Shown here one piece after another: positions 53,701 through 64,000 of a stretch of 64,000 bases of DNA; position 1 is the stretch's first letter, and each line of letters begins with the position of its first letter. The DNA lies in the NCBI GenBank assembly GCA_028826165.1, contig JAPDFW010000033.1, forward strand, positions 124,001 to 188,000. The letters are read 5' to 3'. The notes beneath the pieces were generated by a model. It saw only the letters and a program-made list of their open reading frames with translations, did not search any database and had not been told where the DNA came from. Origin of the DNA: Anaeramoeba ignava BMAN. Its lineage: Eukaryota > Protista > Anaeramoebae. Position numbers and translations under genes: made by a program.

Positions 53701-54145
53701 TTAAAATTAAAAATCAAAATCAAAATTAAAATTAAAATTAAAAATCAAAATTAAAATTAAAATTAAAATTAAAATTAATATTAAAATCAAAATTAAAATT
53801 AAAAAAAGAATTACCAGATAAATCAAAAGAATTTTGAGAAATTTTAGAAGAAACAATATCATTTTGTAAATTAAAATCTTGACAAAGAGAATTTTGACCA
53901 AAAATCCAATTTTGATTTGAACATTTATTATTATTATTTGGACCTAAATGATTTCCAGGGAAACATTTTTGAGAATCTGAACACCATCCACAATTATTTT
54001 CTTCAGAATTTGATAAACACAAATCACAACTTTCAAACCCTCGACATTTGTGTTTTCCTTTTGATTTTATATTGGAAATTTCGTTAAATAATGCTGGAAT
54101 TATTATTAATAATAAAAAACCAAATAAAGAAATGGAAATTTTCAT
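47705..54145 (-). CDS. Type I membrane protein with 10 PSI-like Cys-rich domains and Pro/Thr/Ser linkers; 10 exons
   Basis: Signal peptide; C..C.......CGWC....C..G...GP...C....W.YG repeats. Exons 54145-53815, 53224-53045, 52754-52515, 52141-51953, 51523-51284, 50867-50679, 50435-50196, 49944-49753, 49594-49355, 48132-47705. TM segment LSAGAVSGIVVGSLVFVAAIIIVIVL. Confidence 0.9.
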
Positions 54146-54289
54146 TCAAAAAAAAAATGAAAAAAATGAAAAAAAAAATGAAAAAAAAAATTAAAAAAAA
54201 AGTTTTTTTTTTGTTATTATTAATTTTTTATAATAATTAGTAATTTGGATAAAAAAACAAAAAAAAAGCAAAAAAAAAAAGTGGAATTT

Positions 54290-54579
54290 ATTTTTATTTT
54301 TATTTAGATTTAGATTTTATTTTTATTTTGATTTTTATTTTTATTTTGATTTAGATTTTAATTTTATTTATTTTGATTTTTATTTAGATTTTGATTTAGA
54401 TTTGATTTTCATTTTGATTTAGATTTTAATTTATTTTGATTTTATTTATTTTGATTTAGATTTTATTTGATTTTGATTTAGATTTAGATTTAGATTTTAA
54501 TTTTATTTGAATTTATTTATTTTTATTTTTATTTTGATTTAGATTTGATTTTTATTTTGATTTAGATTTAGATTTAGAT
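54290..54579. repeat. Degenerate TTTAGA/TTTTGA/TTTTTA repeat downstream of eEFSec
   Basis: Hexamer-like array starting immediately after the stop codon. Confidence 0.75.
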
Positions 54580-56957
54580 TTAAACTAAGAAAACATATTT
54601 CGTTTTCCTCATTTTAATAATATTTCCTACTTCAATCCATGAAGAATCATTACTATCAATTCTAATTTTAAATTTTCCAGTTTTTCCAAAAGAAGAAATT
54701 ATTGTTCCATCTGTTTTTTTTCCATCTTTATTTTCAATAGAAACTTGAGTTCCTGAATAACGTTTAATTTCAGCTCCTTTTCCAAATAAATCTTTACCAA
54801 TCAAAGTTGAAGAATCTTGAACACGATCAACTAAACCTGTTCTAAATTTAAAAGAAGCAATTTTAAGATTTTCTTTTAAAGATTTTGATTCAGTTTCCCA
54901 ATTAAAACCATTAATAATTTGACCCGAAAAGGCAATTCTACATTCATTTGATTCAAGTGGAATTTCCAGTTTTCCTCCAATTAATAAACTATTATTTAAT
55001 GCAAGAATTTTTTTTTCAAATTTTAATAAGGCAAAAATAGGTGAATCTTCTTGTTTAAATTCATCAACATATAAATATTCCAAATCTGTTGTAAAATTAT
55101 CAAAAGAAACTTCTTTTTTTTCTTTTGGTGGTTTAAAAAATAAGAATTTTGTCATAACAGTTTCATGTCCAATTGTGATATGAAGTTTGGATCGTGATTT
55201 AATTGGATGTTTAAAAAATTTAATTCTATTAAATAATGCGATTGCTCCTGTAAATGAACTTATAGCTCCTGGTTGACAAACAATACCTCTTTCAAATAGT
55301 TTTGAATCAAATTGAGAAATACAAATTCCTACTCTATCTCCCTTTTTAAATTTTAATTTAATTTTTTATCCGATTTTAATTTTTTATCCGATTTTAATTT
55401 TAATTTTAAATTTTAATTTTAATTTTAAATTTTAATTTTAATTTTAATTTTAAATTTAAATTTTAATTTTAATTTTATTTTTAAATGAATTTTAATTTTA
55501 ATTTTAATTTTAATTTTAATTTTAATATTAATTTTAATTTTAATTTTAATATTAATTTTGATTTTAATATTAATTATAATTTTAATTTTAATTTTTAATT
55601 TTAATTTTAATTTTAATTTTAATTTTAATTTTAATTTTAATTTTAATATTTTTGTTCATTCTACTTTTTCAGCTTGTAAAACATCCTCATGAAAAATTTG
55701 CATTGATTTTATTCTTCTTTGTTCATTTAAACTTGGAAATTCAATTGTATCTGAAACACTACAAGAACCTTGAATAATAGTTCCAGTTATAATAGTACCT
55801 TTTCCTTTTAAATTAAAACAATGATCAACAAGCATTACAAATGGATTTTTTGTATTAATTCTTTCAGGAATCTCAATCATATTTTGTAATTCTTTCATGA
55901 CTAATTCATTTCCTTTAGATTGAAGTGCAGAAACTGAAACAATTGGTGAATTTCCAAATGGTGAATCACTTAATGCTTTTTTGATATGTTTTTCAAGAAG
56001 TTCAATTCTCTTTTTTAATTTTTCTTCTGGTAATAAATCTGTTTTATTTAAAACAATAACCATTTTGTTTGTCCAAATACTTGCAATAATAAAATCCTAA
56101 AAGATTTTTAATTTAATTTTTTATCCGATTTTGAATTTTTTATCCGATTTTAATTTTAATTTTAATTTTAATTTTAATTTTAATTTTAATTTTGATTTTA
56201 ATTTTAATTTTAATTTTAATTTTAATTTTAATTTTAATTTTAATTTTAATTTTAATTTTAATTTTAATTTTAATTTTAAAATGAATTTTAATTTTAATTT
56301 TAATTTTAATTTTAATTTTAATTTTAATTTTAATTTTAATTTTAAAATGAATTTTAATTTTAATTTTAAAATGAATTTTAATTTTAATTTTAAAATGAAT
56401 TTTAATTTTAATTTTAAAATGAATTTTAATTTTAATTTTAAAATGAATTTTAATTTTAATTTTAAAATGAATTTTAATTGTAATTAATAAAATACTTCAG
56501 CAGTTTGAGTTTGAATTCCTTTTGTAATATCAATAACCATAATAGCCATATCTATTATTTGAGAACCACCAACAACAGTTCTAATAAGAGAAGCATGACC
56601 AGGACAATCAACAAAAGTAAATTGAATTTCTTTGATTTGCATTTCTTCTGCTCGTTTTTGTAAATGTTCTGGAATTGGAATTTTTGTTGATGAAAATCCA
56701 AGATCTAAAGTGATTTTCCTTTCTTGGCTTTGTGGACTTTTATCAAAAGCTGCTGTTGATTTAGTTGTACTTATCATTTTGGCTTTAGAATAATTTAAAA
56801 TTGATACATTGAAATTTTTTTATTTTTATTTTTTTAATTTTTTTAATTTTTTTAATTTTTTTAATTTTCAAAATTATCAACCTAATGTTGTTTTTCCTGA
56901 ATCAACATGTCCAAGAATTGCAATAGAAACATTAAAAGGTTTTGATTTTAAATTCAT
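54580..56957 (-). CDS. EEFSEC: Selenocysteine-specific elongation factor eEFSec (SelB); 4 exons
   Basis: ILGHVDSGKTTL, STAAFDKSPQSQERKITLDLGFS, FVDCPGHASLIRTVVGGSQIID, VDHCF, GDRVGIC, HITIGHETVM, CRIAFSG, SSFGKTGKFKI. Confidence 0.95.
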
Positions 56958-57041
56958 AATTATTTTATTTATTCAAAAAAATTGGGAAAAAAAATGAAAA
57001 AAAAAAATGAAAATTTAAAACAAAATTTTTTTTTCGAATTT

Positions 57042-57260
57042 TCAATTTTGATTTGAATTTTCAATTTTAATTTGATTTGATTTGGATTTGGATTTTGTTT
57101 TGGATTTTGATTTTTTTTGCATTTTAGAAAGTTTCATCATTAATTCTTGTTTCATTTCAATTTCTGTTTTTTCATTTTTAAAACAAGATTGAAGAAGAAA
57201 AGATTGATTAAAAATTGAATTAGAATAAATTTTATGAATAAGTTTTGAATGATAATCCAT
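57042..57260 (-). CDS. Small hypothetical protein (72 aa)
   Basis: ATG preceded by three TCATTTT motifs as in the neighbouring genes; non-repetitive N-terminal half. Confidence 0.55.
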   Translation of the reverse strand: MDYHSKLIHKIYSNSIFNQSFLLQSCFKNEKTEIEMKQELMMKLSKMQKKSKSKTKSKSKSNQIKIENSNQN

Positions 57261-57398
57261 TTAAAAAAAAAGAAAAATGAAAAAAATGAAAAATGAAAAA
57301 AATGGAAAAAAAAATTTTAATTAAAAAAAAAAGTGGATCAAAAAAAAAGCAAAAAAAAAGTGGATCAAAAAAAAAAAAGCAAAAAAAAACGATTGTTT

Positions 57399-60333
57399 TC
57401 AATTTTTAGAAATTTCAAGATTTGCAACTTCCATTGCACCAATAAGACCAATATTACTACCAAATTTTGAAGGAACAATAAATTGATCAGAATTTTTAAG
57501 AATAAGATCATGAGCAACATAACCGTTTAATAAAGAGACAGTTTTCTGACGAATAAAAGGAAAAAGGGGGTCTCTTTGCATAATTCCACCGCCAAGAATA
57601 ATAACATTTGGAGAATAAGTTAAAGTTAAGTTAACGCACAAATGGGACATATAATGAGTAAATAAATTCCAGACTTTATGATCGTTTGGAATTTTTCGCA
57701 GTTCTTTAGGTTCAATTCCAAGTCGTTTGGATAAACTCCCTGAGCATGCCATCCCTTCTAAACAACATCCATGAAAAGGACATGTTCCGTTGAAATTTGG
57801 TTCTTCATCTTTTGAAACTGGAACGTAAATGTGTCCAACTTCTGGATGTAAAATTCCGTGAACACAATTTCCTTCTACAACTGCTCCAACCCCGATTCCT
57901 GTTCCTACTGTTACATATACACAAGTTTTTAGTTCTCTTTTTGTTTGATTAGTTTTTTTTTTTTTTTTGAAAAATTTTGTTTTTGTTTTACTTATGACCT
58001 CCATAATTAAATTCTGCTAAAGCTGCGGCATTAACATCAGCTATTCAAATTGAAATTGAATTTAAAATTGAAATTTAATTTAAAATTATAATTGAATTTG
58101 AAATTGAAATTTAATTTGAATTTGAATTTGTATTTGTATTTGTATTTGAATTTGAATTTGAATTTAATATTGAAAATGAATTTAAATTTGTATTTGTATT
58201 TGAATTTGAAATTGAAATTGAATTTGAATTTGAAATTGATATTGAATTTGAATTTGATATTGAATTTGAATTTGAAATTGAATTTGAATTTGAATTTGAA
58301 TTTGAATTTAATATTGAAAATGAATTTGAAATTGAATTTGAAATTGAATTTGAATTTGAAATTGAATTTGAATTTGAATTTGAATTTGAATTTGAAATTG
58401 AATTTGAAATTGAAATTGAATTTGAATTTGAATTTGAATTTGAATTTGAATTTGAATTTGTATTTGAATTTGAATTTGAATTTGAATTTGAATTTTTGAA
58501 TTTGAATTTGAAATTGAAAATTTGAATTTTGATTTTTTGAATTTGAATTTGGAAATTGAAATTTGATTTTTTGAATTTGGAATTTTGAATTTGAATTTGA
58601 ATTTGAATTTGAAAATGAATTTGAATTTGTATTTGTATTTGTATTTGAATTTGAAATTGAAATTGAATTTGAATTTGAATTTGAATTTGAATTTGAATTT
58701 GAATTTGAAATTGAATTTGAATTTGAATTTGAAATTTGAATTTTTGAATTTGAATTTAAAATATGAATTTCAAATCAATTTATATTATTTAAAAATTTGA
58801 ATTTGAATTTGAATTTGGTTTTGGAATTTGAATATATGAATTTTGAATTTGATTTTGAATTGGAATTTGCAATTGAATTTGAATTTTTGAAATTGAAATT
58901 GATTTAACTTTTCAAATGTTCTTTTGGATTTGAATTTTATATTGAATTTGTATTTGAATTTGTTTTTTTATTTGAATTTGAATTTGAATTTGAATTTGAG
59001 TATTTGAATTTGTATTTATTTGTAATTTGAATTTGAATTTGTATTTGAATTTGAATTTGAATTTTAATTTGAATTTGAATTTGAATTTAATTTGAATTTG
59101 AATTTGAATTTGAATTTGAATTTGAATTTAAATTTGTATTTAAATTTGTATTTTGAATTTTGAATTTTGAATTTGAATTTAAAATATTAACTTTCAAATC
59201 CAATTGGTATATTTGGGAAAGCTTCTTTAAAAAATCCTAAAAAATTTGTATCTTTCCATCCTGGTTTTGGAGTTGAAGTAATATATCCATATTTTGGATT
59301 TGATTTATCTAATTCTAATGGACCAAATGATGCAATTCCTAATCCATCAAATTTTTTTTCAGAAAACCATGATTTAACTTTTTCAAATGTTTCTTTTGGA
59401 TTTGTTGTATCAACAACTGTTTTTTCAATTATATTTGTTGGTGATCCTTTTGCAATTCCAAGAGCAAAAGTAGTTCCTCTTTATATTTATTTGAAATTAA
59501 ATTTGTAATTGAATTTGAATTTGAATTTGAATTTGAATTTGAATTTGAATTTGTATTTGTATTTGTATTTGTATTTGTATTTGAATTTGAATTTGAAATG
59601 AATTTGAATTTGAATTTGTATTTGAATTTGAAAAATTGAATTTGAATTTGAAATTGAAATTGAATTTGAATTTGTATTTGAATTTGTATTTGAATTTGAA
59701 TTTGAATTTGAATTTGAATTTGAATTTGAATTTGAATTTGAATTTGAATTTGAAATTGAATTTGAATTTGAAATTGAATTTGAATTTGAATTTGAATTTG
59801 AAATTGAATTTGAATTTGAATTTGAATTTGTAATTGAATTTGTATTTGAAATTTGAATTTGTATTTGAATTTGAATTTGAATTTAAAATTTGAATTTGAA
59901 TTTGAAATTGAATTTAAATTTGAATTTGAATTTAAAATTTGAATTTGAATTTGAATTTGAAATTGAATTTAAATTTGAATTTGAATTTAAAATTTGAATT
60001 TGAATTTGAATTTGAATTTGTATTTGAATTTGTATTTTTTGAATTTGAATTTGTATTTGAAATTGAATTTGTATTTGAATTTGTATTTGTATTTGAATTT
60101 GAATTTGAAATTGAATTTGAATTTGAATTTGAAATTGAATTTGAATTTAAAATTTGAATTTGAATTTGTATTTGTATTTGTATTTGTATTTGTATTTGTA
60201 TTTGTATTTGAATTTGAAATTGAATTTGTATTTGTAAATGTATTTGTAAATGAATTTGTATTTGTAAATGAATTTGAATAAGAAAAATCTACCCAGCTTC
60301 AATTCCTGCAAAAACTAAAGATTTTTGAAGCAT
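57399..60333 (-). CDS. ROK-family fructokinase (bacterial ScrK/YdhR-type); introns 59479-60292, 58041-59191, 57937-57991
   Basis: GIEAGGTTF, GIASFGP, YGYITSTPKPGW, TDVNAAALAE, YVTVGTGIGVG, HPEVGH, CPFHGCCLEG, IILGGG. Confidence 0.93.
58050..60280. repeat. (TTGAAT/TTGTAT)n arrays filling two fructokinase introns
   Basis: Hexamer arrays on both sides of exon 59192-59478. Confidence 0.9.
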
Positions 60334-60489
60334 TATTGTAATTATTATTTATAATTTATTAAATTAAAATTAAAGAAAAAAATGAAAAAAAAAAAATTAT
60401 TCATTTTTATGATTGATTATTTTATTATTTAAAAAGAAAAAAAAAAAAAAAGAAAAGAAATTTTTATTTTTATTTTTTTTTTCTAAATT

Positions 60490-63400
60490 ATGATTGTTTT
60501 AACACAAAAAATTAAAGAAAGTCTTCTTAAAAGTCCCGCATTAATTCAACCAATTAAACAACTTGGTTTTCGATTGTTTTCATCACCTTTTAAAGATGTT
60601 GAAAAAGCTCCAGAAGATCCAGTAATCAAAATAAATTATAAATTTTATTTCAAAATCAAAAATTAATTTTTAAAACAATTATTATAAACTATTTTCTGTT
60701 AAATTTAGTTTAAAATTTGATTTATTATTAATTATTTTTGTTTTGAAATAAAAAAATTTTTTTTTTCTTTTTTTTTTCTTTTTATTTTCTTTTATTTTCT
60801 TTTACCATTTCAATTATAATTCAACAAACAAAAAAAGAAAACGGAAAAAAATTTTTTAATTATAAATTTGACAATAAACACAATTACAATATAATTAGAA
60901 AATTAATTATAAATATAAATATAAATATAAATATAAATATAAATATAAATATAAATATAAATATAAATATAAATATAAATATAAATATAAATATAAATAT
61001 AAATATAAATATAAATATAAATATAAATATAAAAATAAATATAAATATAAATATAAATATAAATATAAATATAAATATAAATATAAATAAATATAAATAA
61101 ATATAAATATAAAATATAAAAAAATAAATAAATATAAATATAAATATAAAATATAAATATAAATATTTAAAAATATTATAAATTATAAATATAAATATAA
61201 AAATAAATATAATTATAAATATAAATATAAATATAAATAACATACAAAAATAAATAAAATAAATAAAATATAAAGCAAAATAAATAAAATATAAAATATA
61301 AACATAAAATATAAATATAAATATAAACATAAATAAAACATAAATATAAACATAAAATAAATATTATAAATATAAAAAATATAAATATAAATATAAATAT
61401 AACATAAACATAAATATATTATAAACATAAATATAAACATAAAAATATAAAATATAAACATAAAATATAAATAAAAAAATACATAAATATAAAAAATAAA
61501 TAAAAAAATAAAAATAAAATTTATAAATATAAATATAAAAAATATAAATATAAATAAAAACATAAACATAAATATAAATATAAATATAAATATAAATATA
61601 AATATAAATATAAATATAAATATAAATATAAACATAAAATATAAATAAATATAAATAAATATATAAACATAAATATAAAATATAAATATAAAATATAAAT
61701 AAAAATATAAATATAAATATAAATATAAATATAAATATAAATATAAATATAAATATAAATATAAATATAAATATAAATATAAATATAAATATAAATATAA
61801 ATATAAATATAAATATAAATATAAATCTAAATATAAATATAAATATAAATATAAATATAAATATAAATATAAATATAAATATAAATATAAATATAAATAT
61901 AAATCATAAATATAAATATAAATATAAATATAAATATAAATATAAATATAAATATAAATATAAATATAAATATAAATATAAATATAAATATAAATATAAA
62001 TATAAATATAAATATAAATATAAATATAAATATAAATATAAATATAAATATAAATATAAATATAAATATAAATATAAATATAAATATAAATATAAAATAA
62101 AATATAAATATGAAATATAAATATAAATATAAATATAAATATAAATATAAATATAAATATAAATATAAATATAAAATATAAATATAAATATAATTATAAA
62201 TATAAATATAATTATAAATATAAATATAAATATAAATATAATTATAAATATAAATATAAATATAAATATATATATAAATATAAATATAAATATATTTATT
62301 TATTAATTTTTTTTGACAAAAAAAGACATTTTCAGTCAAAGATCTCTTTCATAAATCAGGACATCCACGAAAAATTAATTTATCAATTGGGGCTGTTGTT
62401 GATGAACATGAAAAACCAATTGTTCTTCAAGTTGTGAGAGAAGTAAATTATATTACAAAACTCCAAAATAGAATTCAAAAATAAAATTCAAAAATAATTC
62501 AAAAATAAAATTCAAAAATAAAATTCAAAAACAAAATTCAAAAATAAAATTCAAAAATCAAAATTTAGGTTGAAAGAGATATTTCTGGAAGAAAAGATAT
62601 TAGCAAATCATATCTTTCAATTGATGGTTCATTAGCATTTTATAAAGAAGCAGAACAATTAATATTAAAAACAGATAATGAAGCAATTAAAGAAGGAAAA
62701 GTATGTACAGTACAAACATTAAGTGGAACATCTGCTTTAAGAGTTACTGCTGAATTTATTCATTCAGAATTTCCTGATAAAAGCATTTATATGTCTGAAC
62801 AAATTTGGAGTTTGTTTTAATCAATATATTTTTTATTCAATATTTTTTATTCAATATTTTTTAATCAATATTTTTTATTCAATATGTTTTATTCAATATT
62901 TTTTAATCAATATTTTTTATTCAATATTTTTTATTCAATATTTTTTATTCAATATTTTTTATTCAATATTTTTTAATCAAAATGTTTTATTCAAAATTTT
63001 TTAATCAATATTTTTTAATCAATATTTTTTATTCAAAATTTTTTATTCAAAATATTTTATTCAATATTTTTTAATCAAAATTTTTTAATCAATATTTTTT
63101 AATCAAAATGTTTTATTCAATATTTTTTAATCAAAATGTTTTATTCAATATTTTTTAATCAATATTTTTTAATCAATATTTTTTATTTAATATTTTTTAA
63201 TCTATATTTTTTATTCAATATTTTTTAATCAATATTTTTTAATCAATATTTTTTATTCAAAATGTTTTATTCAAAATGTTTTAATCAAAATGTTTTATTC
63301 AAAATGTTTTATTCAATATTTTTTATTCAAAATGTTTTATTCAAAATTTTTTATTCAATATTTTTTAATCAAAATTTTTTCTTTAATTTGAAATTATATA

Positions 63401-64000
63401 AAAAAATAGCAAATTGCGTTCATATTTTTGAACATTCAGGTGTTCCTATCAAATATTTTAGATATCTCAAAGATCCTATTACACTTGATTTCCCTGCAAT
63501 GTGTGAAGATCTTGAAGTAAAAATATAGAAACTTAGAAAAAATTTAATAATAAAAATTTAAATTTGAAATTTATTTAAAATTAATAGAAAGTAGAAGAAG
63601 GTTCATTTGTTCTTCTTCAAACACCATCGCATAATCCAACAGGACTTAATTTATCAAATGAACAATGGGTCCATTTAGCTGATTTATTTATTGTATAAAT
63701 TAATTCAATTAAAAATTATTCATTTAAATTATTCAATTAAATTATTTCAAATAAATTATTCAATTAAATTATTCATTTAAAAATTATTCATTTAAAAATT
63801 ATTCATTTAAAAATTATTCAATTAAAAATTATTTCAATTAAAAATTGTTTCAATATAAATTATTCATTTAAAAATTATTTCAATTAAAAATTATTTAAAT
63901 TAAAAATTATTTCAAATAAATTATTTCAAATAAATTATTTCAATTAAATTATTTCAATTAAAAATTATTTCAAATAAAATTAATTCAAATAAAAAATTAT
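60490..64000 (+). CDS. Aspartate aminotransferase with mitochondrial/MRO-type leader, 3'-partial (last complete exon ends about 63692)
   Basis: [39 protein letters not shown]; leader ending GFRLFSS; first intron 60622-62325. Confidence 0.88.
60900..62292 (+). repeat. (ATAAAT)n microsatellite in AAT intron 1
   Basis: Direct hexamer array. Confidence 0.95.

Noticed and set aside
56957-57044. UGA read-through fusing the small ORF to eEFSec (same frame, 84 nt apart)
   Set aside because: An in-frame TAA occurs 9 codons after the TGA, and no SECIS was evident
814-62339. Numerous poly-NF, IL, LK, LN, FI and YI ORFs in the track
   Set aside because: They are translations of intronic microsatellites between GT-AG bounded exons of real genes
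1-64000. Non-canonical or U12 introns, alternative genetic code, inteins
   Set aside because: All junctions I reconstructed are GT-AG and keep frame; TAA, TAG and TGA all end genes; no intein-sized insertions were seen in the conserved enzymes

Overview
Extremely AT-rich, gene-dense eukaryotic nuclear DNA with spliceosomal GT-AG introns and the standard genetic code. The gene style (intronless ankyrin-BTB family, hydrogenosome-type acetate:succinate CoA-transferase, bacterial-type ROK fructokinase, TCATTTT initiator-like motifs) resembles an anaerobic metamonad such as Anaeramoeba ignava; this is inference, not a database match. Manual splicing recovers about 19 genes: longin-like protein, TPR/Mlp1, Hippo/MST kinase with SARAH domain, MORN-SAM-U-box protein, WDR11, tandem PH-like protein, MCTS1/Tma20, mid-SUN protein, LRR protein, three ankyrin-BTB paralogues, SPF27, ASCT, a 10x PSI membrane protein, eEFSec, a small ORF, fructokinase and aspartate aminotransferase (partial). 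Most low-complexity ORFs in the track are intronic microsatellites. The best unexplained signals are: (1) a sense-strand intronic motif, AAAATCGGATAAAAA, 21-44 nt upstream of the 3' splice site in four unrelated genes; (2) ankyrin-BTB genes with constant ends and a mosaic, variable-length middle; (3) intron-specific satellite expansion, with turnover visible among paralogous PSI introns; (4) a start codon created only by splicing. No tRNA, rRNA, CRISPR array, transposase or intein was recognised.
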